A stretch of DNA of 64,000 nucleotides, taken from NCBI GenBank assembly GCA_964016885.1, contig OZ024741.1:89838001-89902000 (forward strand). Direction: 5' to 3'. This DNA is from Eledone cirrhosa (taxonomy: Eukaryota). Shown here in pieces: positions 24,183 through 37,870 of this stretch. Each line of letters opens with the position of its first letter. The first letter of the stretch is position 1. The position numbers and the translations under genes are program-made. Below the pieces are notes generated by a model, which was not told the DNA's origin, did no database searches, and was given only the letters and a program-made list of their open reading frames with translations.

Positions 24183-26771
24183 GAGACTAAGGACAAAGAG
24201 AATAACCAAGACGAACACACAGACACACAAAATAGGGTAGATAACAACATTGAGCCAGTGGAAAGAGACAGGAGTAATTATGACAGATATAGAAACAACC
24301 ATGAAGCTGCGGCTGCTGCTGTTGGTGGAAAAAGAAACAACACAACCAACAATAACAATAGCACTAGTAGACATAAAGCAGCAGCCTGGAACTCTCCGTT
24401 TTATAACCCCTCCGATAAATCATTCGACCTACGACGAGTCCACGCCACGACTTTGCCATTTAACAAACGCACGCAGTTGCCGTCGCAGGTCGATGAACAA
24501 ACAGAAGCACAATTTAGTATAGCTAAATCCGAACTTAGAAATATTATAGAACAGTATAGCAAGAAGCATAATAGAATAGAGGCCCAGCAACTGGGAGAAG
24601 AATCTGCAAATGGCTTGCGTAAGCTCATGCAGCGCTCGCGTAATGGAGAGATAGCATGCTTTCCAACAGACAAGTCTGGCAGAATGTCAGTTGACAGCCT
24701 GCCAAACTACATCCAGGCAATGCAACCCCACATCACTAACACAAGAGAGGTAACACCACAGGAGCATGAGGATAGAGAAAAAACCCTCAATGCCCATATG
24801 GTGATGTGGACAAATATAATGCAGCCCAACAAAAGGACTGCCAACAACTTCCAGGCCTGGAACAATGACGTGCCGGCGTTGTATGGGCTTCGAAAAGACC
24901 ATAAAACGGGCTGGGACCCTGTCGCGGGACCACCAACACGGCCAGTCTGTGGGGCTAACATTGCTAGTAACTACAGACTGTCCTACTTCCTCTCCCTGAT
25001 CATACGCCCCATCATTGAGATGTCCCCAGATGTGTGCGACAGCACGGAGGACCTCCTCAGCAGAATCGGCGCGGGTAACCGATCTGGGGACCTAACAAAC
25101 TGCATAATAGGCAGTATGGATGTTGTGTCCCTGTATCCATCTATTGACGTGGATTTTGCTGTGGAGAAATGCGTCGAAATGATCAGCGAGAGCAAGGTTG
25201 AGTTCCGTGGGATTGATACCAGTGAGCTGGGACTTCTACTTAAGCTTACCCTTAGTAATAGTTACCTAGACACATATGACCTTAGCAACCTGTGCCCTAC
25301 AAGACCAGCAAGAGGCAGACCACCTACCATTACCTCAATGGCCAAGAAAACCCACATAGATAGATGGAACGGGTGGACCAGAGCCATACGGACACCCGAA
25401 AACCACGATGAACTGAAGAAAATGATTGCACATGCGGTAGGGGCCAGCATAAAATTAACCCTTAAGGAACATATGTTCAAATTTAATGGTAAAACATATG
25501 CCCAAGAGGAAGGAGCAGCCATTGGTGTTAGCATTGCAGGCGACATAGCTAACTTATTCATGGTATGGTGGGACAGTAGACTTAAACAAAAACTTAATGA
25601 ACAATTAGAAGACAGCTTAACCCTGATAATGTACTCCCGCTACGTAGATGATATAAACATCGTAGTTAAGACACCCCCACTAAAGAACAGTCAGGAACTA
25701 GAGAAAAACACAATGGAAAGCATCCAGCAAATAGCAAACTCCATCCACCAGAGCATTAGAGTTACTATAGACTACCCAAGTAGACACCCCAACCATCGAT
25801 TACCTGTACTAGACACAGAGCTCTGGTTAGATACAATTAACAACCAAAAACAAATCCTCCATTCCCATTATGCCAAACCCATGACTTCCAAACATCTGAT
25901 CCACCGAAACTCGGCCATTTCGGACCATACCAAAATCAACATACTGATTGCGGATTTGGTACGGGTGATGAGAAATGTGTCCCGCATGTGCAACCCCGAA
26001 GAACTAGAGAGACACATACAACACTTCATCCACCGTATGCAGTTCTCTGGCTACAATCAGAGAGATAGAATCAGAGTGTATAAAGGAGCCAGAACCAAAT
26101 GGGAAAAAATGGTAAATAATGACATAAATGGGACCTGCCCCTTGTATAGGAGCAAATTTTGGAATAGAATAGAAAGAACTAAGAACAAGGCCAATAGAAT
26201 AAACTCATGGTATGATAGCAATAAATACCAGAGTGTAATGTTCATCAATACAACCCCTAGAGGCGAACTAGCCTACAAATTTAGAAGGGCCCTAAAGAAA
26301 CATAATCTCAATATTAAGATAGTAGAAAGACCTGGTACCTCCGTAAAAACACTTATTAGCAAGACATACCCGTTCCAAAGACCCTCATGTATAGATAAGA
26401 AATGTATAACCTGTAAAATAAGCCCCCATATTAACTGTAAAACTAGAAATGTAGTATATAGCATAAGATGTACTGAAGGACAATGTAGAAACAAAAATAT
26501 AGTGTACATAGGTGAGACAGCTCGTAGTATAGGGGAACGAATAAATGAACACTGGCGAGACCTCCAAGATAATAAAGAATCATCTGTGCTCTACCAACAT
26601 GCTAAGATAGAACACAGGGGTAAATTAGAGAGCATAGAAATAAAAATAGAATCCACACACAAGAAAGACGCAATGTTTAGGCAAATTACAGAGGCAGTAA
26701 GCATAAAAGAATTAAAACCAAAATTAAATAGAAAATATGAGTGGAACAGCAACATCACAACTTACAATTAA
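24183..26771 (+). CDS. PLE reverse transcriptase + C-terminal GIY-YIG endonuclease (uninterrupted, N-terminally truncated)
   Basis: [54 protein letters not shown]; linker CIDKKCITC; [16 protein letters not shown]...R..EH..H; LNRKYEW. The first ~10 residues of the tracked ORF derive from the inverted pLTR. Confidence 0.95.
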   Translation, partial: ETKDKENNQDEHTDTQNRVDNNIEPVERDRSNYDRYRNNHEAAAAAVGGKRNNTTNNNNSTSRHKAAAWNSPFYNPSDKSFDLRRVHATTLPFNKRTQLPSQVDEQTEAQFSIAKSELRNIIEQYSKKHNRIEAQQLGEESANGLRKLMQRSRNGEIACFPTDKSGRMSVDSLPNYIQAMQPHITNTREVTPQEHEDREKTLNAHMVMWTNIMQPNKRTANNFQAWNNDVPALYGLRKDHKTGWDPVAGPPTRPVCGANIASNYRLSYFLSLIIRPIIEMSPDVCDSTEDLLSRIGAGNRSGDLTNCIIGSMDVVSLYPSIDVDFAVEKCVEMISESKVEFRGIDTSELGLLLKLTLSNSYLDTYDLSNLCPTRPARGRPPTITSMAKKTHIDRWNGWTRAIRTPENHDELKKMIAHAVGASIKLTLKEHMFKFNGKTYAQEEGAAIGVSIAGDIANLFMVWWDSRLKQKLNEQLEDSLTLIMYSRYVDDINIVVKTPPLKNSQELEKNTMESIQQIANSIHQSIRVTIDYPSRHPNHRLPVLDTELWLDTINNQKQILHSHYAKPMTSKHLIHRNSAISDHTKINILIADLVRVMRNVSRMCNPEELERHIQHFIHRMQFSGYNQRDRIRVYKGARTKWEKMVNNDINGTCPLYRSKFWNRIERTKNKANRINSWYDSNKYQSVMFINTTPRGELAYKFRRALKKHNLNIKIVERPGTSVKTLISKTYPFQRPSCIDKKCITCKISPHINCKTRNVVYSIRCTEGQCRNKNIVYIGETARSIGERINEHWRDLQDNKESSVLYQHAKIEHRGKLESIEIKIESTHKKDAMFRQITEAVSIKELKPKLNRKYEWNSNITTYN

Positions 26772-27076
26772 GGACAAAATGAAAACACACACACACATAG
26801 AACAAACAACTTACAATTGAAAACACACACAAAATGAAAACACACACAAGACAAAATGAAAACACACACACACATAGAACAAACAACCAACCAACAATAA
26901 ATAAATAAATAAACAAACAAATAGAAAAATATAAATAGAAAAATAGAAAAATGAACACAAACACACACAGACACCCGGATGTGGCGCATGCGCAAACTGA
27001 GCACGCAACCCACACACAAACAAAATGGCGTAGGATAGAAGAAAAGAAAGGCACAGAAACGAAGAAAGAAATCCCC

Positions 27077-27121
27077 AGTCACTGAAGAGGTCACAGAGTG
27101 TGTGACGAAAGAACTATGACT
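27077..27121 (+). ncRNA. Minimal type-I hammerhead in 3' pLTR of copy A
   Basis: AGTCA-CTGAAGA-G-GTCACA GAGTG TGTGAC-GAAA-GAAC-TA-TGACT. Confidence 0.85.
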
Positions 27122-27260
27122 ATATATATATAAACAACTATCTGGTTGTGGAACCAACCAACCAACCAGAAATTTATAAATATATAATAAATTAAATTGA
27201 AGTGAAAGCAACTGGTGCGTGTGTTTCTTATTGGCAACATGACCCTCCCAAAGTATAACA

Positions 27261-27314
<54 letters not shown>

Positions 27315-27325
27315 GTATATATATG

Positions 27326-27356
<31 letters not shown>

Positions 27357-27381
27357 GTATATATATATATGTATATATATG

Positions 27382-27676
<295 letters not shown>

Positions 27677-27825
27677 ATACTTTGGGAGGGTCATGTTGCC
27701 AATAAGAAACACACGCACCAGATGCTTTCACTTCAATTTATTATAATAAATTTATAATAAATTTATAAATTTATAAATTTCTGGTTGGTTGGTTGGTTCC
27801 ATAACCAGATAGTTGTTTATATATT

Positions 27826-27868
27826 GTCATAGTTCTTTCGTCACACACTCTGTGACCTCTTCAGTGAC
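27826..27868 (-). ncRNA. Minimal type-I hammerhead in 3' pLTR of copy B
   Basis: Core and stems identical to the copy A motif. Confidence 0.85.
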
Positions 27869-28073
27869 TGGGGATTCCTTTCTTTGTTTCTGTGCCTCTC
27901 CTTTGTTCTGTCCTACGCCATTTTGTTTCTGTGTGTGTGTTGTGTGCTCAGTCTGCGCATGCGCGACATCCGGGTGTTTGTGTGTGTTTATGTTCATTTA
28001 TTTATTTGTTTATTTATTTACATGTTACTGGTTGGTTGTTTGTTCTATGTGTGTGTGTGTTTTCATTTTGTCC

Positions 28074-30990
28074 TTAATTGTAAGTTGTGATGTTGCTGTT
28101 CCACTCATATTTTCTATTTAATTTTGGTTGTAATTCTTTTATGTTTATTGCCTCTGTGATTTGTCTAAACATTGCGTCTTTTCTGTGTGTAGATTCTATT
28201 TTTATTTCTATGTTCTCTAATTTACCCTTGTGTTCTATTTTAGCATGTTGGTAGAGTACAGATGATTCTTTACTATCTTGAAGGTCTCGCCAGTGTTCAT
28301 TTATCCGTTCCCCTACACTACGAGCTGTCTCACCTATGTACACTATATGTTTGTCTCTACATTGTCCTTCAGTACATCTTATGCTATACACTACATTTCT
28401 AGTTTTACAGTTAATATGAGGGCTTATTTTACAGGTTATACATTTCTTATCTATACATGAGGGTCTTTGAAAAGGGTATGTCTTGCTAATAAGTGTTTTT
28501 ACGGAGGTACCTGGTCTTTCTACTATCTTAATGTTGAGTTTATGTTTATCTAGGGCCCTTCTAAATTTGTAAGCTAATTCACCTCTAGGGGTTGTATCGA
28601 TGAACATTACACTCTGGTATTTATTGCTATCATACCATAAGTTTATTCTATTAGCCTTGTTCCTAGTTCTTTCTATTCTATTCCAAAATTTGCTCCTATA
28701 CAAGGGGCAGGTCCCATTTATGTCATTATTTACCATTTTTTCCCATTTGGTTCTGGCTCCTCTATACACTCTGATTTTATCTCTCTGACTGTAGCCAGAG
28801 AACTGCATACGGTGGATGAAGTGTTGTATGTGTCTCTCTAGTTCTTCGGGGTTGCACATGCGGGACACGTTTCTCATCACCCGTACCAAATCCGCAATCA
28901 GTATGTTGATTTTGGTATGGTCCGAAACGGCCGAGTTTCGGTGGATCAGATGTTTGGCATAATGGGAATGGAGGATTTGTTTTTTGTTATTAATGGTATC
29001 TAACCAGAGCTCTGTGTCTAGTACAGGTAATCGATGGTTGGAGTGTTTACTTGGGTAGTCTATAGTAACTCTAATGCTCTGGTGGATGGAGTTAGCTATT
29101 TGCTGGATGCTTTCCATTGTGTTTTTCTCTAGTTCCTGACTGTTCTCTAGTGGGGGTGTCTTAACTACGATGTTTATATCATCAATGTAGCGGGAGTACA
29201 TTATCAGGGTTAAGGGGTCTTCTAATTGTTCTTTAAGTTTAAGTTTAAGTCTACTGTCCCACCATACCATGAATAAGTTAGTTATGTCGCCTGCAATGCT
29301 AACACCAATGGCTGCTCCTTCCTCTTAGGCATATGTTTTTCCATTAAATTTGAACATATGTTCCTTAAGGGTTAGTTTTATGCTGGCCCCTACCGCATTT
29401 GCAATCATTTTCTTCAGTTCATCGTTGTTTTCGGGTGTCCGTATGGCTCTGGTCCACCTGTTCCATCTATCTGTGTGGGTTTTCTTGGCCATTGAGGTAA
29501 TGGTAGGTGGTCTGCCTCTTGCTGGTCTTGTAGGGCACAGGTTGTTAAGGTCATATGTGTCTAGGTAATTATTACTATAGGTAAGTTTAAGTAGGAGTCC
29601 CAGCTCACTTGTATCAATCCCACGGAACTCAACATTGCTCTCACTGATCATTTCTACGCATTTCTCCACAGCAAAATCCACGTCAATAGATGGATACAGG
29701 GACACAACATCCATACTACCTATTATGCAGTTTGTTAGGTCCCTAGATCGGTTTCCCTCGCCGATTCTGCTGAGGAGGTCCTCCGTGCTGTCACATACAT
29801 CTGGGGACATTTCAATGATGGGGCGTAGGATCAGGGAGAGGAAGTAGGACAGTCTGTAGTTACTAGCAATGTTAGCTCCACAGACTGGCCGTGTTGGTGG
29901 TCCCGCGACAGGGTCACTGCCCGTGTTATGGTCTTTTCGAAGCCCATACAACGCCGACACGTCATTGTTCCAGGCCTGGAAGTTGTTGGCAGTCCTTTTG
30001 TTGGGCTGCATTATATTCGTCCACATCACCATATGGGCATTGAGGCCTTTTTCTCTATCCTCATGCTCCTGTGGTGTTACCTCTCTTGTGTTAGTGATGT
30101 GGGGTTGCATTGCCTGGATGTAGTTTGGCAGGCTGTCAACCGACATTCTGCCAGACTTGTCTGTTGGAAAGCATGCTATCTCTCCATTACGCGAGCGCTG
30201 CATGAGCTTACGCAAGCCATTTGCAGATTTTTCTCCCAGTTGCTGGGCCTCCATTCTATTATGCTTCTTGCTATACTGTTCTATAATATTTCTAAGTTCG
30301 GATCTAGCTATACTAAATTGTGCTTCTGTTTGTTCATCGACCTGCGACGGCAATTGCGTGCGTTTGTTAAATGGTAAAGTCGTGGCGTGGACTCGTCGCA
30401 GGTCGAACGATTTATCGGAGGGATTATAAAAATAGTTACTCCTGTCTCTTTCCACTGGGGGATTATAAAAATAGTTACTCCTGTCTCTTTCCACTGGCTC
30501 ATTGTTGTTATCTACCCTATTTTGTGTGTCTGTGTGTTCGTCTTGGTTATTTTCTTTGTCCTTAGTCTCCCTTCTCCTTTTAATCCTATTACTTTCTCCC
30601 TTATTTCTGTGATTTCTGTGCTACTGTCATTACTTGTTTTCTGTGTCTGTGTGTTTGTTAAGATTGTGGTGGTGGTGAGAGGCATTGAATGTGTGTGTGT
30701 TGTTGTTGTTGATGTGTGCTGTTGTTGATGTGTGTTGTTGTTGTCTCCGTGTGTGTTATTATTGTTGTGTGAGTTGTTATTGTTGTTTCTGTCTGCGTGT
30801 CTGTTGTTGTTGTTTCTGGGTATGTTATTATTGTTGTTGTTGTTGGTGTGTGTGTTGTTGTTATTGTTATTGTTGTTTGTGTCTGTGTATCTGTTGTTAT
30901 TGTTATTGTTGTTTGTGTCTGTGTGTCTGTTGTTGTTGGGATGTGTGTTGTATATGTGTGTGCGTATATTGTTGCTTTTGTTTTTGTTTT
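28074..30990 (-). pseudogene. Disrupted PLE RT/GIY-YIG ORF of copy B
   Basis: CAA>TAA at 29325-29327 in RT motif B'. 5-codon deletion (AKPMTSKHL>AKHL). Local duplication ERDRSNYFYNP x2. Frameshifted Asn/Thr-rich N-terminal region (30512..31057). Confidence 0.9.
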
Positions 30991-31514
30991 TGTGTATATA
31001 GGTGAGACAGCTCGTAGTGTAGGGGAACGGATAAATGAACTCTGGCGAGACCTTCAAGATAGTAAAGAATCATCTGTACTCTACCAACATGCTAAAATAG
31101 AACACAAGGGTAAATTAGAGAACATAGAAATAAAATTAGAATCTACACACAGAAAAGACGCAATGTTTAGACAAATCACAGAGGCAATAAACATAAAAGA
31201 ATTACAATCAAAATTAAATAGAAAATATGAGTGGAACAGCAACATCACAACTTACAATTAAGGACAAAATGAAAACACACACACACATAGAACAAACAAC
31301 CAACCAGTAACATGTAAATAAATAAACAAATAAATAAATGAACATAAACACACACAGACACCCGGATGTGGCGCATGTGTGTTTATAATAAATTGAAGTG
31401 AAAGCAACTGGTGCGTGTGTTTCTTATTGGCAACATGACCCTCCCAAAGTATAACAATATCGGTTTCAACACACGTTTTCAGATAAAGAATCTTGCTAAA
31501 CAAATTCAGAAACG

Positions 31515-31584
<70 letters not shown>

Positions 31585-31825
31585 TAAAAGAATGAAGAAT
31601 AACATAGTCGGCTGTACAATAGGGTTTATTTACAGTATTAACAATTGTTTCTTTAGTCAGGTGTGTCTAAAAGTCGCTGATCGTTTGCAGCTACGTCACT
31701 CGACCTTAATTACAGTCGATACGCGACCAAGTAGTCAGAATACTGATATATGTACATGACACACACACACACACACATATATATATACTAGCAGAAGTAC
31801 CCAACATTACCCGGGTTAAAGAAAA

Positions 31826-31992
31826 TAATTGTTTCTACTTTTGGCACAAGGCCAGCAATTATCCCAGTATGTTACTGGTGCTTTATTTTATCGACCCCGT
31901 AAAGATGAAAGGCAAAGCCAACGTCGGCGGGATTTGAACTCAGACCATAAAGAGCCGTAACTCTGCAAATCATGGCGTCAGACCCTCTAATG
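31826..31992 (-). mobile_element. Main-family SINE, adjacent to a Helitron-like 3' terminus (31788-31820)
   Basis: SINE body. Minus strand CCCGGGTAATGTTGGG..CTAG|T. Confidence 0.7.
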
Positions 31993-32809
31993 AAATTTCA
32001 TTCAAAACTTTTTCTATGGTATATTTCAAACTTCTAATATAGCTGTTTCCTCTATGTAACATACCCTGTAGTTTCAATATGATTTCATACTTAGTTTATT
32101 CCTTTCATATCTTGTCTGTGCTTGGGTTTTCATATCGCTGATGAAATACAGTTGTAAATATTTTGGTTCTTCTTCTGAAAGTTGCTGAAGTGGTCAAATT
32201 CTATGGTACACATGGCCTTGGATCTGGAAAGTGGGTACAAAACCACCTTCATGGATGACATTTTTGTACTTCTGTATATTTTGAAGAAAGTGTCTTGATT
32301 CAGTAGTTGTACCAATCAACAGTCCCCTCAAAGGTTCTGGTGATTCAGGAAATAATTTAAATTAATCTTTCCATTTAAACAGCACAATAATAGATGACTC
32401 ACCATTCCATTTTTTTAGCACCACAAGTTGGACAAATTTTGTTCATTGAGGAAATTTGAATTAAAGGTTCTGAGGCATAGTCTTGATGTGGATTGTAGCT
32501 AAAACCAGAAAAGTTCCACCCGAATCCTTTTGAAATCGTAAATCATCTGTTCTTGCTCTCTGTACATATGGCTTTTGACTTGTTTGAGCTCCACTTACTT
32601 CATGCCGCCTTTGAGCTGCTCTATTTCTAAATAAACTTTATCCAGTAACCACACAACTCCCTGTTTCTTATATATATATATTTATATATATATATGATAA
32701 ACGTAGGAAAATTAACAAAGAGAGGACAAGACAACGAACGAAATCAAGGCAAAAAGAAAAACATTTTTTTAAGGGGAATCTTAAAAAATTATTTAAAAAA
32801 ATACAAATG

Positions 32810-32884
<75 letters not shown>

Positions 32885-33841
32885 CACACATTATGTGGGG
32901 GAGGGAGGGATTTTCACTTTTTTAAATTTCAAATCGGCCACCGCTATGATAATTTGTAAGATTTATATACGTATGTTGCCATCTACGCAGTTATGTGTGT
33001 GTATATATATGCCTCCTTGCTTGTATGTGTGTGTGTGTGTGTGTCTCCTTCTCCCCTATCCCCCCTCCTTCATCATCATCATCATCAACAGCAGCTGTAG
33101 CAGCAACAACAACAATAGCAAAATTATCGTTGTATTGTTATTGTTGTTGAAGTGGTATGAATATTTATATAAACAAAAGCATCGTCATCTTATCGTCGTT
33201 TTTCCGGCTCAATGTAGATTGTTGGTACAAGATAATGTCGAAGGGTGGGCATTAAATAGGTGTTAAATTCCTATCTATGTTATCCTTGGTTAGATCTAAG
33301 TGCTTCCGGGTATTCCTTTTACAGAACTTATAATCCACACACAAAACAATAGAAAGAAAAAAAAATGGAATTTTCAACCGGTAATTTATTAGAATCTTTT
33401 ACAATCGTTGCTGTGCATAAAATCCTGCGTATTTTATTATTCTGGAAACTTTCCTGGAAATCTTGTGTATTTGTCTTCTCTGGAGAGTTCCTTCGAGAAT
33501 ATCCCTACATCGGACTTAAAGAGTTTGTTTTATTTCAGTGCACTGCAGGGCTTCTTATGCACTTCATCGAAAGGAACATTTCTGAAAATTTCGTCTGTTT
33601 ATGGTGAACATTTATAGTATATATATATATATGAACACATAACCATACGTACTCCTCATACATAAAAGAAATATATGCCTACATGTGAATTTTACAAAAG
33701 CGGTAAATGTGTAAAAGAGTGGCAGGTTTAAAAAAAAAAAATTATTTGGATATGATCAGGCATTGATATTTTACGGGGGAGGGGTGTCATCGCGGCGTAT
33801 AAACAATACTTATACTTACATTATATACAGTATATACACAC

Positions 33842-33874
<33 letters not shown>

Positions 33875-33934
33875 TGTATTTCTTTTTTTTTTCTTTTTTA
33901 TTTATTTATTAATTATTTTTTTTTCTCCTCGTGC

Positions 33935-35232
33935 AATTGCCATACTCGATAACGAGGGGGCAGCCATCATCATCATGTATGTATGTATGTATGTATGTAT
34001 GTATGTATGTATGTATGTATGTATGTATGTATGTATGTATGTATGTATGCATGCATGTCATGCATGCATGATGGTCAGGTCACCAGTTGGTGCTACTGGT
34101 AACATGTATCCCAGTACAACCTGTCTCATGGTCGGGTCGTTGGCGACTAAACTGGCAACCCCACCAAGGTTTCTTGGTGAGGAGGGTGACTTTGGACATC
34201 CTGCAGGACTAAAAACAAAACCTGTCAAAGGGCAAAGGAGCTCTTAAGAGCCAATGGCCATCCAAAATCACTGGGAGAGATGACCCCTTAGCCTTTGTCA
34301 AGGCAAAATTCTAGGAGAAGGAAAACTCTGATATAACACCTGCAACCCTGATGTTATCCAATGATGTTGACTTGTTCTTCTTTTTGGTAAATATCATCTT
34401 GGTTAAGAGAGTGGGACTGGCTTTGTGCAGTGCCTTTGCTCACTATAAAAGCTTCACGGCACAGGCATTGCTTTATATTTGGAGATCTCTCTGCACTTGT
34501 CGTCACATGGTACCATGGGCCCAGCACTATGTGTCAATAACTGTCACAAGTGTAGTGTTTGTACCAGAGTTTTCAAGTCGCTGGCTGGACTAAAAAGTCA
34601 CACTTGTTCAGCGCATCGGTAGGGGTTCTCCTACATAGATATAAAGTAGTGGCCGTACTCGAAAACGAGTTGGCAGCCACCATGCATGCATGTATGTATG
34701 TATGTCAGGTCGTTCTCGAGTGCTACTGGTAACATGTAACCCAGTACAACCTGTCTCATGGTCGGGTCGTCGGCGACTAAACCGGCAACCCCACCAAGCT
34801 TGCTTGGTGAGGAGGGTGATATTTGGGCACCCTGCAGGATGAAATACAAGACCCGGCAAAGGGCGGAGGAACTCAACAGAGTCAACAGCCATCCAAATAG
34901 TACTTTTTTTTTTTCACCTGGGAGTGAAAGGCCCCAATCGCTGTCAAGGAGAGCGAAACTCTGAAAAAAACCCCAAAAAACCCGCGGCTTCGGAACCATT
35001 CGATGATGCTGACCAGTTCTCCTTTTCGGGTAGTGTTTTCGATACTCAGAGAGTGGGATTGGTCGAGTGCAAGGCATTTCTCCACTTAAAAAACCTTCAA
35101 AGCACAGGCATTGCTTGTTCATGTTATGTTACAGGTTTGTGTTACTGGCCGTAGCCTAAAAGTGCACCAAACTCTATAATCTGACAAGCGATTGCAGTAC
35201 TCTTAGTAGAGTTTGCAGCCATCATGTATGTA
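33935..35232 (+). mobile_element. Second chain of short RTE derivatives in (TATG)n: 3' stub 33935-33975, 34075-34683, 34705-35225
   Basis: 34075-34683 is nearly identical to 13450-14053. 34705-35225 resembles 11649-12055. Confidence 0.8.
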
Positions 35233-35251
35233 TGTGTGTGTATATGTGTGT

Positions 35252-35338
<87 letters not shown>

Positions 35339-36554
35339 CCACCTGATAACCTAATGACTGATTTATTTCTTAAGATAGACAATTCTGTCGCAGAAAGCAT
35401 GATACGTCTGTCTGTTCTTGCTTGTCTATGTTGGACGGGTCTTCTCAAGTACAGCTTGCCTCCACTTGTTACGTTACTTCGTCATCACCTTTGTGAGGTT
35501 CATTGTTTTGAGATCAGCTTTCACCACTTCAGACCAAGTTTTCCTCGATTGTTTTCTTCCACAGCTTCTTTACGTTGACAGTCTTGGCACGTCTTCACAC
35601 AACGATTATCATCCATATGCGTCAACGTGTCCATACTAATGCAATCGTCTCTCTTGCACAACATCTGATTCCTCCTATGCCTATTTTTTTTTCTTTCAGC
35701 TCCTCTGGACATGCTTGTTTCATCCCTGTTCAGTCCTTACGTATTCTCTGCATTCAAGCATATTTTTTATATACTGTGTATCAGATGCTGAATATTTCAG
35801 GTCATTTTTTCATTGAATAGACTTAATGTTGTCGCCCCAATTAATTCATAATTTATATGAATATTTTTGAAGTACTTTTGGTTTTCTACCTGGAGTTGCG
35901 ACCGATAGATAGTATTAGCAATTGGAAAGACCAACGGAAACATTGTTTCCCCAGTCCGATTTTACGAAAAGTCGATCGACTGTCTTTGGTGAAAAACAGC
36001 TAGTTAAGTCTAATTATTACTGAATATGTATGTCCCTAGGCTGTTAATTACTTTTTAAGCACATTGAGTGTTTTTTGTTTCTCTAGAAAGACAGCTTGAT
36101 CCGTAGAAAGACAGTTGGGTGTACAACGCGTCTATTTTGCAGCACGTTCGTCCGTTGCGGGAAGTTATATATGTAATCCATATATTGCTGGTCACTGAGA
36201 GATTCTATATTTTATCCACTGATAAAATATGGTTCCCGAAACAGATCCTGCTATAGCAGAAAGCCTGCTACAAGATTAGATACTGCATATTTCTTTTATA
36301 TCATGTATCAGAAGTTACTCTGTCTACTTATTCGTACTATTTCGTGTCTTAGCCACAAATGATTTCTAATCTACAAAGATTTGTGGTTCACTTTTGCTGA
36401 GACTAATTATGATGTACTCCGCAAAGTATGTATGTCTTATTACCGAATGTTTACACACACACACGCGCGCGCGCGCCGTATGTGTGTGTGTGTATTTATG
36501 CATGTATATATATGTATTTATGTATATATACATTCATATATATATATATATTCC

Positions 36555-36618
<64 letters not shown>

Positions 36619-36949
36619 CAACAGATAAGTTTTGTTTACAAGCACTTTCTTTTGAATTCTAGATCATTCAGTATCTATCTTTCTGTTGTAAAAGAAAACA
36701 ACACTACTAAAACCATCAGATACCAGATATAATAACAACAGCAACATCAACAGCACCAATTATGCTTGCCATGGTAACAACAGCAGCAGTAGCAATGACT
36801 TCAGTAACCTAACTAAGCAAGGCAAATAGCTGAAAACCTAGTTACTGAAACTACTTGAAAAACAATCACACAATTTGAATATTTAAACATCCTCTACTTC
36901 CTTTACACAGTATCATTTCGACAAGCAATGATAAACAGTCATTATAAGC

Positions 36950-37772
36950 CACGGGCAATATTTAAACTGGTAGAGCGTTGGACAACATGCTTTATGGCAT
37001 AGTGTTACGCTCTTTTACGATCCGAGTTAAAATCCTGCCGAGGTTAACTTTGCCTTTCATCCTTACCAGTAATGCACTGGGGTCGATTTTATCAACTTTC
37101 CCCTCCCCCAAAATTGCTGGCCCTGTGCCTAAATCAGAAACCAATATTTGAACTAGCTGCGAATTGGCAATATTGCTGGAGTGTCGGACAAAATACTTTG
37201 CGGTATCTCTTCCGGCTCTTTACGTCCTGAGTTCAGATTCCGCCGAAGTCAACTTTACCTTCCATCTTCCTGGGATCTATAAAATAAAGTACAAGTAAAG
37301 TATTGGCGTCGATATAATCGATTTTCCTCTCCCCGTAAAATTGCTGGCTTTGTGATTACCGTATTTCCCGGCGTTGAAGACGCTACTTTTTTCAGAAAAT
37401 AAGTCTAAAAAATCTACCATGCGTCCTGGAGGCCGATGGTTGTTTATTATTTTTTTTCAAATCTTGGTTTGTCAAAATTAGGGGGCGATCTCGAGGACGA
37501 AGCGTCTTCGGCGCCGGGAAATACGGTAATTTAGAAACGATTATTTGACTTGCCATAAGCGGCGGATTAATAGAATCATGAGAACACCGGAGAAAATACC
37601 TTGCGGTATTTGTTCCGGCTTTTTACATTCTGAATTCAAATCCCACCAGTGTCAATTTTTTTCTTTCATCTTTCCGGGTCGATAAAATAAAGTTCCAGTC
37701 AAGTAGTGGTATCGATATAATCAGCTATTCACCTCCTCTAAATTTGAGCGCTTATGCTTGTGTTAGAAATCA
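36950..37772 (+). mobile_element. Three diverged main-family SINEs in tandem
   Basis: Repeated B-box-like GAGTTMARATYC and TTTxCCTTTCATC..ATAAAATAAAGT segments. Confidence 0.7.
37359..37526. mobile_element. MITE (Tc1/mariner/pogo-type) inserted in a SINE
   Basis: TIRs CCGTATTTCCCGGCG(TT/CC)GAAGACGCT with TA TSD. Confidence 0.85.
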
Positions 37773-37778
37773 TTAACT

Positions 37779-37870
37779 TTTTGGCCTTTTGGCTAAGATC
37801 AAAGTGCAGTATCTGTTCATACCAGCTTAATAACTGATACGGTCCCTATACGGGAACATCGATATTAAAT
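37779..37870 (+). pseudogene. RNU2: U2 snRNA retrocopy (5' ~95 nt, truncated before the Sm site)
   Basis: GGCCTTTTGGCTAAGATCAAAGTGCAGTATCTGTTCATACCAGCTTAATAACTGATACG matches U2 stem I, branch-pairing region and stem IIa. 12-bp TSD AAATCATTAACT at 37767 and 37867. Confidence 0.9.

Larger units (their letters stand above)
23487..27262 (+). mobile_element. Penelope-like element copy A: inverted 5' pseudo-LTR (23487-24177), 5'-truncated body, 3' pLTR (26646-27262)
   Basis: RT + GIY-YIG ORF. 23543-24177 is the reverse complement of 26646-27262. Both ends are in (TA)n. HHR in both pLTRs. Confidence 0.95.

Noticed and set aside
24401-25561. Antisense ORFs overlapping the PLE RT, conserved in copies A and B
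   Set aside because: Expected shadows of a coding strand in two closely related copies.
32010-32665. Possible decayed L1/Tx1 ORF2 fragment on the minus strand
   Set aside because: Only a weak GGM-like motif; too degraded to support.
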